A stretch of DNA of 64,000 nucleotides from Trueperaceae bacterium. GTDB taxonomy: Bacteria > Deinococcota > Deinococci > Deinococcales > Trueperaceae. Positions within the stretch are counted from its first letter, which is position 1. Each line of letters starts with the position of its first letter. The position numbers and the translations under genes are program-made. Of the stretch, positions 37,874-48,220 are shown in pieces. The notes under the pieces were generated by a model. That model was not told where the DNA came from. It did not search any database and was given only the letters and a program-made list of their open reading frames with translations. The stretch is from NCBI GenBank assembly GCA_965213925.1, contig OZ243927.1:416001-480000 (forward strand). Reading direction: 5' to 3'.

Positions 37874-38914
37874 ATGACAGACCTAACCGCACTCAAACGA
37901 GAAGCCCGCAACAAGAAGACCCGCCCCGAACGCCTGCGCCAACTCGCGGCGCTGGACGAGGCGCTTTCACGCGCCGTCGCCAAGAGCAAAAACACGCCCC
38001 CCGAAGTGCTCGCCGACCTCGCCCGCAGCGGCGATATGCCCACGCGCCGAAGAGTGGCGGCGAACCCAACTACTCCGGTTGACCTCTTGGAACAACTTGC
38101 GAACGATAACCAGTGGACGGTGCTCAAAGCCGTTGCGCTCAATCCGAACGCGACTCCTCAACTTTTAGACGACCTATCTCAGCATCCGCGTTGGAGCGTT
38201 CGGGAGACGGTCGCACGGCTTCGCCCGCTGCCACAAACCACAATCGAGCGGCTCGCTAATGACAGTCACGCAAGGGTGCGGGCACAACTCGCCTTGTCAA
38301 CCTTACCGCCAGACCTCTTGGAGAAGTTACAGAGCGATTCGGACGCCTTGGTCCGCCGCCATGTCGCGCTCAACCATCAGCTTTCTGCCGCCGCCTTGAC
38401 CGAGCTTTCGAACGATTCAGCAGAAATCGTCAGGGCTGCTGTGGCGATAAATAATGCGACACCCCGAGAAATCGTCAGAAAACTGTCGCATGACTCTGCG
38501 GCGACCGTAAGAGAGCTTTCAATCATAAGCGGTCGAGGCTTTTTCAACATTGAGGATTTCGAAAGGCTTGCGCTAGACGAAGCTGCGAATGTTCGTTTTC
38601 AGACTCTACAAGACCACGATGCGGCTCAAGCCCTACTCATCAAGCTTGTTGGTGACGAAGACTGGAGGATTAGAGTGCAAGTTGCCTATAGAGTGGCTGA
38701 CGCTACCGCACTCGAGACGTTATCCCATGACCCCGTGGACAGGGTGCGCCAAGAGGTCGCAAGCAACCATTTCACGTCTCAGAAAACGCTATTGCGGCTA
38801 GCCTCTGACACCAGTGCAAAAGTCAGGGAAGCGATTACTTACAACACAGATGCAGCGGAGGAGGTTTTGCTAAAACTTGCTCTTGACCCTAATGAGAAGG
38901 TCGCGGGGAGCTAG
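37874..38914 (+). CDS. HEAT/leucine-rich-variant repeat protein
   Basis: Many ~24-aa repeats of the form LA.D....VR..VA.NP.TP..LL. Confidence 0.75.
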   Translation: MTDLTALKREARNKKTRPERLRQLAALDEALSRAVAKSKNTPPEVLADLARSGDMPTRRRVAANPTTPVDLLEQLANDNQWTVLKAVALNPNATPQLLDDLSQHPRWSVRETVARLRPLPQTTIERLANDSHARVRAQLALSTLPPDLLEKLQSDSDALVRRHVALNHQLSAAALTELSNDSAEIVRAAVAINNATPREIVRKLSHDSAATVRELSIISGRGFFNIEDFERLALDEAANVRFQTLQDHDAAQALLIKLVGDEDWRIRVQVAYRVADATALETLSHDPVDRVRQEVASNHFTSQKTLLRLASDTSAKVREAITYNTDAAEEVLLKLALDPNEKVAGS

Positions 38915-38925
38915 CGCTTCGTAGG

Positions 38926-39273
38926 ATGTCACTCGCTATGAATCCCTATGACGAGGCGGAGCGAGAAGAGGCGGGATACAGCTACGCGCCGCTCGAGGCG
39001 CTGCGTACTCTTTTTGAAGACGATGACGAGAACGTCCGCTACTGGGCGAAAGAAACACTCGTATTTCATCACCCCAATTGCCCCTTAGAACTTCTCTTAA
39101 AGTTTTGCAGAGATGAGAACGTTTTTACTTCCTTCCGCGCTAAAGCGCGTCTTTGCGAGCAAACAGATACGCCTACCCACATGTTAGAGCAGCTCGCTAC
39201 CGATGAAGAGCAAGTCATTGCTGAGCGAGCCCAGGCACGCCTTCACGCGCTATCCCAAGAAAGTGAGACCTGA
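38926..39273 (+). CDS. Short HEAT-like repeat protein (possibly split from the upstream gene)
   Basis: LFEDDDENVR, HPNCPLELL and LEQLATDEE repeats. Confidence 0.55.
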   Translation: MSLAMNPYDEAEREEAGYSYAPLEALRTLFEDDDENVRYWAKETLVFHHPNCPLELLLKFCRDENVFTSFRAKARLCEQTDTPTHMLEQLATDEEQVIAERAQARLHALSQESET

Positions 39274-39276
39274 GTC

Positions 39277-40386
39277 ATGTCCGAGAACAATGTGCGCCCC
39301 GCCGCATCTCAAACCATCCTCCGCCAACACGCCGAACAAGCGTACGCCCACGAACTCGCCGAACTCGCCCAAGCGGATAAACGCCCGCGCCCTCCCAACT
39401 GGCACCTCTCGCCCTGGGCGGTGCGAACGTATCTGTTAGGCGGCACGTTGGAGAACGGCTTCGAGGTCTCCGCTAAGTATATCGGTGGGGCTCGAGTGGT
39501 CGAAATCGCCGTGGCGACGCTCGCCACCGACCGCGCCTTGCTGCTTATCGGCGTCCCTGGCACCGCGAAGACATGGGTGTCCGAGCATTTAGCCGCCGCG
39601 ATTTCGGGCGATTCGACGCTGCTGATTCAAGGCACGGCAGGGCTCAGCGAGGAGGCGGTGCGCTACGGCTGGAACTACGCGCAGCTTCTCGCGAAGGGAC
39701 CGAGTTTGGAGGCGGTGGTGGAGAGCCCCCTCATGCGGGCGATGAAAAGGGGCAAGGTCGCCCGCGTCGAGGAGCTGACGCGCATCCCGAGTGAGGTGCA
39801 AGACACGCTCATCACGGTTTTGTCCGAGAAAACGCTGCCTATCCCTGAACTGAATAGCGAGGTGCAAGCGGAGAGGGGCTTTAACGTCATCGCCACCGCG
39901 AACGACCGCGACAAGGGGGTGAACGACCTCTCGAGCGCCCTCAAGCGCCGCTTCAACACCGTCGTGCTGCCCCTACCTGCCAGCGCCGACGAAGAGGTCC
40001 GCATCGTGCAGCAGCGCGTGGCGAGCTTGGGCCGGGCGCTCGAGCTGCCCGCCGAGCCGCCCGTATTAGAGGAAATCCGCCGCGTCGTGACGGTCTTCCG
40101 CGAACTCAGAAGCGGCGTGACCGAGGACGGCAAGACCAAGCTCAAGTCGCCCAGCAGCGTGCTCTCCACCGCCGAAGCTATCGCCGTGGTCAACCAGGGG
40201 ATGTCTTTAGCGGGTCACTTCGGCGACGGCAGCCTCGGGGCGAGCGACTTAGCGGGCGGGCTGCTCGGCGCGGTCGTCAAAGACCGCGTGCAGGACAGCC
40301 CGATCTGGCGCGAGTATTTGGAGACCGTCGTCAAGGAGCGCGAGGGCTGGAGCGACCTCTACCGCGCCTGCCGCGACATCAGCTAG
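39277..40386 (+). CDS. MoxR-type AAA+ ATPase (YehL-like)
   Basis: GVPGTAKTWVSEHL, RYGWNY, EELTR and TANDRDKGVNDLSSALKRRF. Confidence 0.9.
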   Translation: MSENNVRPAASQTILRQHAEQAYAHELAELAQADKRPRPPNWHLSPWAVRTYLLGGTLENGFEVSAKYIGGARVVEIAVATLATDRALLLIGVPGTAKTWVSEHLAAAISGDSTLLIQGTAGLSEEAVRYGWNYAQLLAKGPSLEAVVESPLMRAMKRGKVARVEELTRIPSEVQDTLITVLSEKTLPIPELNSEVQAERGFNVIATANDRDKGVNDLSSALKRRFNTVVLPLPASADEEVRIVQQRVASLGRALELPAEPPVLEEIRRVVTVFRELRSGVTEDGKTKLKSPSSVLSTAEAIAVVNQGMSLAGHFGDGSLGASDLAGGLLGAVVKDRVQDSPIWREYLETVVKEREGWSDLYRACRDIS

Positions 40387-40389
40387 CGC

Positions 40390-42711
40390 GTGGTTCACCT
40401 CTACGGCATCCGGCATCACGGTCCCGGCTCGGCTCGGGCGCTGCGCCGCGCGTTGGAAAGGTTGGGTCCCGACCTCGTCCTCGTCGAGGGTCCGCCCGAC
40501 GCGGATTCGGTCATCGGCTTCGCCGCGCAGGAGGCGATGCAGCCGCCCGTCGCGCTCATGGTCTACGCGCTCGACAGACCGGAACACGCTGCGTTCTACC
40601 CCTTCGCGACGTTCTCCCCGGAGTGGCAAGCGCTGCGGTTTGCCCTCTCAAGAAACGTACCCGTGCGTTTTATGGACTTGCCGCAAGCACAACGGCTGGC
40701 GTTGACTGACTCCGCCCGAGAGAAAGAGGTCGAATCAGCAGATGAGACGGGAGAAGCTGACGAAGCCGGTGGAGCAGATGACGCAGGACTCGAGCCCGCC
40801 ACCGCGCCTCACCCTCGCCACGACCCCTTAGGACAACTCGCCGCCGCCGCTGGCTACGCGGACGGCGAACGCTGGTGGGACCAGGTGGTGGAGTCGCGGC
40901 GTGAAGACGAGGGGATGTTTGAGGCGATTCAGGAGGCGATGGTGGCGCTGCGTGAGGAAGTGCCGTCTTTGAGAGACACATTTGAGGACAGGCTCGAGGC
41001 GCGAATTGAAACGCTGCGCGAAGCCGCTATGCGCGAGACGATTCGCCGCGCTGAGCGGGAGGGCTTTGAGCGCATCGCGGTGGTGTGCGGCGCGTGGCAC
41101 GTGCCCGCCCTCTTAGAGCGGTCGAACGCAAAAGCGGACGAGGTGCTTCTCAAAGGGCTGCCTAAAATCAAGGTGAGCGCCACCTGGACGCCCTGGACCT
41201 ACGGACGCTTGACGCAGCGCAGCGGCTACGGCGCGGGCATCCTCTCGCCGGGTTGGTACGACCACCTCTGGCACGTCCGCAGCCGCGATGATAGTAGAGG
41301 CGACGATCAAGTCAGCGCCCGCTGGCTCACGCAGGTTGCGATCCTCTTCCGCGAGCAGGACCTGAGTGCTTCGTCCGCGCACATCATCGAAGGGGTGCGT
41401 TTAGCGGACAGTTTGGCGGCGCTGCGCGGAAAGTCGGCGGCAGGCTTGGAGGAGCTGAACGAGGCGGTGCAGGCGGTCTTCTGTGGCGGACGCACCCAGC
41501 CGCTGCGCCTCGTCGAAGAGAAGCTCATCGTCGGCGAGCGGCTGGGCGCGGTCCCTGAAGACGCGCCGATGCTCCCCTTACAGCAAGACCTCACGCGCTT
41601 GCAGAAGTCGCTACGGATGCAGCCTAAAGCGAGTGAAGTGGGGCTCGAGCTAGACCTCCGCAAAGAGGTGCACCTAAAGCGCAGCCACCTCCTTCACCGC
41701 TTGCGCCTCCTCCACATCCCGTGGGGCGAGCCGCGTTCCGCCTACGGCAAAAAGGGAAGCTTTCACGAGCACTGGCTCTTGCGCTGGCAGCCTGAGTTCG
41801 CGGTTCGGCTCGTCGAGGTGGCGGTGTGGGGCAACACGGTCGAACGCGCGGCGAGCGCCTTTATTCAGCACGAAGCGGCGCACGCGCCCCACCTGCCCGC
41901 GCTCACTGCGCTGCTCGAGGACACGCTCCTCGCTGACCTCCCAGACGCGGTCGCGGCGCTGACGAGCGCTTTAGAGGACAAAGCCGCCCTCACGAGCGAC
42001 GTGACGCACCTCATGGCGGCGCTCCCGCCCTTGGTGCAGGTGCTGCGCTACGGCAACGTCCGCAAGACGGACGCGGGTCAGGTCGCGCAAGTTTTGAGCG
42101 GGCTCGCGCCGCGCCTCTGCATCGGCTTGCCGGGAGCGTGCAATTCGCTAGACGACGACGCGGCGAACGCGATGTTTGAGCGCATCATGCGGACGCACAG
42201 CGCCCTCCGAACCCTCGCCGACGAGCGCTACAGCGCGATGTGGACGGACGCGCTGCGCGCTTCTCTGGAACACCCGAACACCCACGCGCTCGTAGCGGGA
42301 CGCGCCGCGCGGCTCCTCTTCGACACGGGCGACCTGAGCAGCGAGGCGGCGGCGCGGCGGGTGAGCATAGCACTCTCACGTGCGAGTGAACCCGCCGACG
42401 CTGCCGCTTGGATCGAGGGTTTTTTACGAGATAGCGGCGCGATTTTGCTCCACGACGAAGTGTTGTGGCGCGTGCTGGACGGTTGGTTGCAAAGCTTACG
42501 CGAAGAGACCTTCGTGCAGCTCGTCCCCCTTTTGCGGCGCACCTTTTCGACCTTCGCCGCGCCCGAGCGCAGGCAGATGGGCGAGCGGGTCAGACGTGGG
42601 GTCGGGGACCCTAGTTCCGACGAAAACTTGGACGAAGCGCGGGCGCAGGCGGTCATGCCTACCGTCCGGCAGCTTTTAGGTATTGGCGAAGACCTTGCGG
42701 AGGTGCCATGA
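40390..42711 (+). CDS. YehM/DUF5682-like protein
   Basis: GIRHHGPGSA, EGPPDA, FSPEWQA, CGAWHVPAL and SGYGAG. Confidence 0.85.
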   Translation: MVHLYGIRHHGPGSARALRRALERLGPDLVLVEGPPDADSVIGFAAQEAMQPPVALMVYALDRPEHAAFYPFATFSPEWQALRFALSRNVPVRFMDLPQAQRLALTDSAREKEVESADETGEADEAGGADDAGLEPATAPHPRHDPLGQLAAAAGYADGERWWDQVVESRREDEGMFEAIQEAMVALREEVPSLRDTFEDRLEARIETLREAAMRETIRRAEREGFERIAVVCGAWHVPALLERSNAKADEVLLKGLPKIKVSATWTPWTYGRLTQRSGYGAGILSPGWYDHLWHVRSRDDSRGDDQVSARWLTQVAILFREQDLSASSAHIIEGVRLADSLAALRGKSAAGLEELNEAVQAVFCGGRTQPLRLVEEKLIVGERLGAVPEDAPMLPLQQDLTRLQKSLRMQPKASEVGLELDLRKEVHLKRSHLLHRLRLLHIPWGEPRSAYGKKGSFHEHWLLRWQPEFAVRLVEVAVWGNTVERAASAFIQHEAAHAPHLPALTALLEDTLLADLPDAVAALTSALEDKAALTSDVTHLMAALPPLVQVLRYGNVRKTDAGQVAQVLSGLAPRLCIGLPGACNSLDDDAANAMFERIMRTHSALRTLADERYSAMWTDALRASLEHPNTHALVAGRAARLLFDTGDLSSEAAARRVSIALSRASEPADAAAWIEGFLRDSGAILLHDEVLWRVLDGWLQSLREETFVQLVPLLRRTFSTFAAPERRQMGERVRRGVGDPSSDENLDEARAQAVMPTVRQLLGIGEDLAEVP

Positions 42712-43883
42712 AGGATATGAGCAATGACCTCGAGTCGGAGATTCACGAAAGCGAACGCGAGCGCCGCTGGCGGCTCGTTCTAGGCACTGAAGCCTCGGAC
42801 AGCATCGGCGTGTCGCTTTCCGCCGCCGACGCGGGTATGGACGCCGCCCTCGCCGCGCTCTACGACACAGAAGGCCGGCGCGGCGGGCTCGGCGCGTCCG
42901 CACCCAAGGTGGCACGCTGGCTCGGCGATATTCGCGGCTACTTTCCAAGCAGCGTGGTGAGGGTGATGCAGCGAGACGCTTTAGAGCGCCTCAACCTGCG
43001 GCAGATGCTCCTAGAGCCTGAGATGCTCGAGGTAGCCGAAGCCGATGTGCATCTAGTCGCCAATCTAGTCTCGCTAAGCAGCGTCATCCCCGAAACGACC
43101 AAGGATACGGCGCGTCAAGTCGTGCGTCAGGTCGTGGACGAACTGCTCCGCAAGCTCGCCGGTCCCACCGAACAGGCGGTCAAGGGCGCGCTGAACCGCG
43201 CCGCGCGCAACCCCCGTCCGCGCTATAACGAAATCGACTGGCCGCGCACCATCCGCGCCAACCTCAAGCACTATCAGCCTGAGTACAAAACCGTTATTCC
43301 CGAAAAGCGCATCGGCTATGGGCGCAAGCGCGCGTCCCTGCGCGACGTGATCCTCTGCCTCGACCAGAGCGGGTCGATGGCGACGTCGGTGGTCTATTCG
43401 GGGATTTTCGGCGCGGTGCTCGCCTCGCTCCCTGCGCTCAAAACGCGCCTCGTCGCCTTCGACACGAACGTCGCCGACTTGAGCGAAGACCTGCGAGACC
43501 CCGTGGACCTCCTCTTCGGCGTGCAGCTCGGCGGCGGCACCGATATCAACCGCGCTCTCGGCTACTGCCAGACGCGAATTACGCGCCCCCAAGACACTAT
43601 TTTGGTCCTTATCAGCGACCTCTTCGAGGGCGGCAACGCAGAGGAGATGCTGAAACGCGCCGCCGCTTTAGTGGATTCTGGCGTGCAGATGATCGCGCTT
43701 TTGGCGCTCAGCGACGACGGCGCGCCGAGCTACGACCACCGCGTCGCTGAAGCGTTCGCGAGCCTGGGTATCGTGTCGTTCGCCTGCACGCCGGAGCTGT
43801 TTCCAGAGCTGATGGCGGCGGCTATCAACCGTCAGGATTTAGAGCAGTGGGCGGCGAAGCGTGACATCGTGGTGGCGCGTTAG
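42708..43883 (+). CDS. VWA domain protein (YehP/CoxE-like)
   Basis: RWRLVLG, MIDAS DQSGSM, GGGTDI and ISDLFEG. Confidence 0.88.
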   Translation: MKDMSNDLESEIHESERERRWRLVLGTEASDSIGVSLSAADAGMDAALAALYDTEGRRGGLGASAPKVARWLGDIRGYFPSSVVRVMQRDALERLNLRQMLLEPEMLEVAEADVHLVANLVSLSSVIPETTKDTARQVVRQVVDELLRKLAGPTEQAVKGALNRAARNPRPRYNEIDWPRTIRANLKHYQPEYKTVIPEKRIGYGRKRASLRDVILCLDQSGSMATSVVYSGIFGAVLASLPALKTRLVAFDTNVADLSEDLRDPVDLLFGVQLGGGTDINRALGYCQTRITRPQDTILVLISDLFEGGNAEEMLKRAAALVDSGVQMIALLALSDDGAPSYDHRVAEAFASLGIVSFACTPELFPELMAAAINRQDLEQWAAKRDIVVAR

Positions 43884-43928
43884 TGCTCGAGACGCAAGAG
43901 GTCGCGCAAACTCACCGAGGAGCGTCCG

Positions 43929-44435
43929 CTACTGAACGACCACGCGGTAGACGAACGCCTCTTCTTGGGCGGGCTCCATCGGCACGAGGAGCGTCCAACG
44001 GACGGCGGTGTAGTCGCTCGGGGTGACGCTCTCTCCTGAGCCGCCCGTGGTGCTTTCGCCTGAACCGGAGAGGGGCGGCTCGCTGTAGGTTTGACCGTCC
44101 GCCGTGAACTCGGTTAAGACCCGCTCGGAGGTCGGCGTGGCGGAGCCGTCAACGTAGCGCGTGCTTTCGGGGACGGGTCCGGTGATGACGACCGTGCCGG
44201 CAGGCAGCGTCGTGTCCTCCTGATTTCTAGCAATCAGGCGGTATTCGACGACCTGCCCCGGCCGTGCGGTCGAGGCGGCGCTAAAGCGCTCTTGCACGTT
44301 GCCGTCGTCGCCCGTCACCTCGCTGACGACGAACGCTTCGACGCCTACGGAAACGGGCTCCGAACCGCTTTCGCCGCCCGTCTGCGCCCACGCGGTTGTC
44401 GCGGTAAGAAGGATTAAAAAGAGAACTTTGAGCAC
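43929..44435 (-). CDS. Exported protein with DUF11-like Ig domain
   Basis: Signal peptide (AWA|Q); PGQVVEYRL, GPVPESTRYVDGSA and YTAVRW. Confidence 0.65.
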   Translation of the reverse strand: MLKVLFLILLTATTAWAQTGGESGSEPVSVGVEAFVVSEVTGDDGNVQERFSAASTARPGQVVEYRLIARNQEDTTLPAGTVVITGPVPESTRYVDGSATPTSERVLTEFTADGQTYSEPPLSGSGESTTGGSGESVTPSDYTAVRWTLLVPMEPAQEEAFVYRVVVQ

Positions 44436-44731
44436 GGTTGCCTCCAGAGAGTTTAGTACAACTTCCGACTGTTTCCTTTACCAGGCCGAGCGAAGCGAGT
44501 AAGAACAGGTATTTGCGTAGGTTTGCTGTAAGCGAAACGGATAGCGCGGTAGGGACATGTCCCCAAACGCTCGTCTCGGTGATAGGAAATATAGCAAAAT
44601 CCATGTGATGCGGTACCTTTTACTTGCTCCATCCTTGTTTTATCGTGCCTGACTCTACCTTCAAATATATGAGAGAAACGTTAAAACGCGCTAGAAACGG
44701 CTCGAGCCGTGCGCCATCCGAACGAATTACA

Positions 44732-46234
44732 TTACCCCGATGATACCCGCCGCGCGTCCCAACGCCGTTCCTCCGCGACCCCTCTGCTAACGACTTGCGG
44801 CACGCTGCCTACCCCGAGCCCTAAAAGCGCCCAGACGAGCGGGTCGACGTTTTGCGTCGCGAACCAAAACATGCCGTAGAGGAGATAGGTCGCAAGCGCG
44901 AACAGCGTCGCGAGGGCTAAGGGGGTGCGCGCCTGATAGAGCAGCTTCGCGCAGGAGAGCAAAAAACCCATAAAGAGGAGCAGCGCAGGCACACCGCTCG
45001 CAAAGGCGATATCTAAAAAGTAGTTGTGGACGCCGTACGGGTTCATCGCAGTGAGGGTGAGGGTGCCTGTGTCGGGGTGCGTATAGATGGCGAGCTTGCC
45101 GACGCGCAGCGCGTCTTTAGCGATAGGGGCGGGCAGAAATTCGTACATGAGCGTGTCAGCCTGTTCGGGCGTGGCGAGCGGCCACACGACGTTGGCGAGT
45201 GCGTACGCGCCGTGACCCGTCAACGGGCGCTCTAGGGTGGCTTTCGCGGCTACGCGCCAGAGGATCATGCGGTGCGAAACGTTGGGGTCCTCGCCCTGCA
45301 CCGCCGCGCCGATGCGCCCCACGCGAAACTGCGCATGAGACGAGGTCTGCAGAACGCCCAAGCCCGCCGCAAGCGCGAGCATGCCGAGGAGCAAAACGCG
45401 CTTTCGGTATAGTTTCTTATAGAAGATATAGCCGCTGAGAACGCCGAGCACGAGAACGGCGGCGAGCAGCCCGGCGCGTCCGCCGCTGGCGACCAGGGCG
45501 GCAGCCAACACCGCCACAAGCACCCCGTCGATGAACCTGAGTCGCGCCTCGAGCGAACGCCACGCGAACCAGAACACGAGCGCGACGCCCACAAACGCCG
45601 AGACGTACGCCTGGTGCCCCATCGACGCCAAGAGGTTCGGGCGCAGCGCCGTCTGCGGGTCGAGCAGCGACAGCGGCTCGAAGCCGTGCGCCTCGCTGAG
45701 CGTCCAAAGACCGACGAGCGCCGCGCCGCCTATCATCATAGCGAGAGGGATACGTAGCGGCAGTACGCGGCTCGAGGCGAGCACCGCCGCGATTAGGGCG
45801 AGGCTGTACCAGGCGCTCTCGAGCAGCTTGATCACGACGCTCTCCGCTTGACTGCTCAATAAGGGCAAGCCGAAATTGAGATTTGCGGGGCTAAAGAGAC
45901 TGGCGACGATAAGCGCCGCGACGAACGCGCCGAGCCATAAAAACGTGGTCTGCGCTTGCGGCGGCACGAGGTGAGCGAGCAGGTGAGCAAAGGGCACGCC
46001 GCGCCGCCGCAACCGCTCAGCCCGCCACACTACCAGCGCGACCCCGAGCACCCAGAGCAGCACGAAGGTGATGACCTTAGGGACGAGCGTCTCGATCTGC
46101 TCCTCCTCGCGAAAGTCGGCAACTGAAGTAGGAAACGCCCGCATGAGCGCGTCAGGCAAGCGCCCTAGCGGAAACACGACGAAGATGAGCGACCAAAAAA
46201 GGAGATGATAGGTGCGTTCTGTAACATTAAACAT
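44732..46234 (-). CDS. O-antigen ligase/O-oligosaccharyltransferase family membrane protein
   Basis: Multi-TM; SGGRAG, R..LW, RPLTGHG and HNYFLD (Wzy_C). Confidence 0.8.
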   Translation of the reverse strand: MFNVTERTYHLLFWSLIFVVFPLGRLPDALMRAFPTSVADFREEEQIETLVPKVITFVLLWVLGVALVVWRAERLRRRGVPFAHLLAHLVPPQAQTTFLWLGAFVAALIVASLFSPANLNFGLPLLSSQAESVVIKLLESAWYSLALIAAVLASSRVLPLRIPLAMMIGGAALVGLWTLSEAHGFEPLSLLDPQTALRPNLLASMGHQAYVSAFVGVALVFWFAWRSLEARLRFIDGVLVAVLAAALVASGGRAGLLAAVLVLGVLSGYIFYKKLYRKRVLLLGMLALAAGLGVLQTSSHAQFRVGRIGAAVQGEDPNVSHRMILWRVAAKATLERPLTGHGAYALANVVWPLATPEQADTLMYEFLPAPIAKDALRVGKLAIYTHPDTGTLTLTAMNPYGVHNYFLDIAFASGVPALLLFMGFLLSCAKLLYQARTPLALATLFALATYLLYGMFWFATQNVDPLVWALLGLGVGSVPQVVSRGVAEERRWDARRVSSG

Positions 46235-46483
46235 GGAGGGAAAAGGGGCGCTTTCTAAAGGGTTTTTATCTGGTTACCTCGAGCCCATAACCAAAGCCGA
46301 GGTTCGTTAGTTCCAGCTTATACCACTAGACTACATTAGAGAGGTGCAAAGGACGCTTTTCAGTTTTTTCCAGGCAGCAGTACTGTGGCGGATCGGGGCA
46401 AATAAACGCATATTTCAGCTCACAAGTACCCCTACAAAATGAGTTTCAACTGCTCCGAAAGATTACGCGAACAGCGCTGCTTC

Positions 46484-46512
46484 GTAGGGGTGGGTTTGAA
46501 ACCCACCTCTAC
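46484..46512. repeat. GTAG-type REP palindrome
   Basis: GTAGGGGTGGGTTTGAAACCCACCTCTAC, a variant of 24035-24063. Confidence 0.7.
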
Positions 46513-46707
46513 CACGCCAAAACGTTCTCTGTCATCCATAAGCAGCACCGAGATTCATAACTTTGACAGACGTTATTTCTTACTTGATGCTGTAAGTACT
46601 GTGCTGGACTGAAACAGATAAACGCATAGTTCAGACTTATTCGTCTCTTGACCCTTGCACGCTACCCTTTTAGGTCGCGCTGCTACCACTCACTTCTACC
46701 TCTTACT

Positions 46708-47652
46708 TTAGCTGAGGAGCTTGTCCAACTCGCTGGCGATGTGCGCGTGCTGAAAGACGAACCCCTCCGCTTGCAGTCTGGCGGGCATGACTTTGGCGCT
46801 CGGCAAGAGGAGCGCGTCAGCGACTTCGCCAAGTGCTAGGCGCAACAGCGGGGCGGGCGTCGGGAAGATAGCGGGTCGACCTAAGCGCCGCGCCGCCCTC
46901 TCGATAAGGTCGATCTGACGCACGGGCTCCGGCGCGGTAAGGTTGTAAGCGCCTTCACTTTCATCGTTCTCCACAAGAAAGAGCATCGCCCGCGCGAGGT
47001 CGTCCGCGTCGACCCACGGGTACCACTGCTCCCCGTCGCCGAAGCGTCCGCCTACAAAGAGCTTGACGGGCAAGAGCATCTTTTGCCAAGCGGGTGCGTC
47101 TTTCGCGAGAACGAGCCCAATGCGGCCGATCACGAGGCGTGCGCCGTTCGCGTCCTCGGCGGCCGCTTCCCACGCCTTACATACGTCCGCGAGAAAGAAA
47201 CCCTCGGCGGGCGGCGCGTCCTCGGTCAGCTCGACCTCGCCCGCGTCGCCGTAGTAGCCCGTCGCCGAGCCTTGCAGCCAGACGCCCGGCGGCGCAGGGC
47301 TGCGTTTATGCGCCGCCAAGAGCGTCGCTGTGCTGTCGACACGGCTCTCCAACACGCGGCGCTTGTGGTCTTCGTCCAGCCTACCGTCCGCGATGGACGC
47401 GCCCGCGAGGTTGACGAGCGCCGCCGCGCCCGAGAGCGCCTCGCCGACCCTGAGGAGAGCCGCCTCATCCTCCTCTTTCGCCGCGGTCGGGTTCCACGTC
47501 ACGGCGGTGACGCCCGCGGGCGTTTGAACGTTGCTGCGGCGCGTCAAAATACGGACGTCGTAGCGTCCTAGCGCCTGACGGACGAGGTGCGTACCGACCA
47601 CGCCGGACGCGCCCGCGATGACCAAAGTAGGACGTGCTTGCTGGTGTTCCAT
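46708..47652 (-). CDS. TIGR01777-like NAD-dependent epimerase family oxidoreductase
   Basis: GASGVVG, VNLAGASI, SRVDST, SATGYYG, WE and GDGEQWYPWV. Confidence 0.85.
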   Translation of the reverse strand: MEHQQARPTLVIAGASGVVGTHLVRQALGRYDVRILTRRSNVQTPAGVTAVTWNPTAAKEEDEAALLRVGEALSGAAALVNLAGASIADGRLDEDHKRRVLESRVDSTATLLAAHKRSPAPPGVWLQGSATGYYGDAGEVELTEDAPPAEGFFLADVCKAWEAAAEDANGARLVIGRIGLVLAKDAPAWQKMLLPVKLFVGGRFGDGEQWYPWVDADDLARAMLFLVENDESEGAYNLTAPEPVRQIDLIERAARRLGRPAIFPTPAPLLRLALGEVADALLLPSAKVMPARLQAEGFVFQHAHIASELDKLLS

Positions 47653-47655
47653 AAC

Positions 47656-48216
47656 TCACCATAGCGGACGCTTTGGGGAAGGAGTAGGCGCTGCGGAACG
47701 AAAGAGCTTTTTATACACTCGCGCAGGCAGGACCATCTGAAGCGTCATGCCGCCCCCTTCCAAGTTCCCGCTGAGCTGTACGAGCATCGCTTTTTTGAAC
47801 TTTAAGCTGACCTCCCAAGCGTCCCCCGTCAAGAGGTAAGAGGTCAGCTCGCTCAGATGGGGCTCGTGACCGACGAGCGCGATGTGGACGTCGTTTGTAG
47901 CTTCATCTCCCGAGTTATCCACAGCCTTATCCACAAGCTGCGCGAGGAGCTGCGGATAGCGCGAAGAGGTCAGTTCGACGAGCGTTTCTATCTCCCCGTC
48001 GGAATGTGCGCTAAGCGGCGCAGCCGTTTCTAGCGCCCTAGTATAAGGACTCGAGAACAGCCTGCCGAACCTTATGTCTAAAACGCTCAGCGCCTTCGCC
48101 AGCGCTTTCGCCTGTTTGTGACCCTTGGCGACGAGCGGGCGCACGCTGTCGTCGGGATACCGGGGACCGCGCGCGTCGGCTTGCGCGTGGCGGATGAGGT
48201 AGAGCGTCACGTCCAC
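47656..48216 (-). CDS. sixA: Phosphohistidine phosphatase SixA-like
   Basis: LIRHA, SSPYTRA and LVGHEP. Confidence 0.8.
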   Translation of the reverse strand: MDVTLYLIRHAQADARGPRYPDDSVRPLVAKGHKQAKALAKALSVLDIRFGRLFSSPYTRALETAAPLSAHSDGEIETLVELTSSRYPQLLAQLVDKAVDNSGDEATNDVHIALVGHEPHLSELTSYLLTGDAWEVSLKFKKAMLVQLSGNLEGGGMTLQMVLPARVYKKLFRSAAPTPSPKRPLW

Positions 48217-48220
48217 GCTT

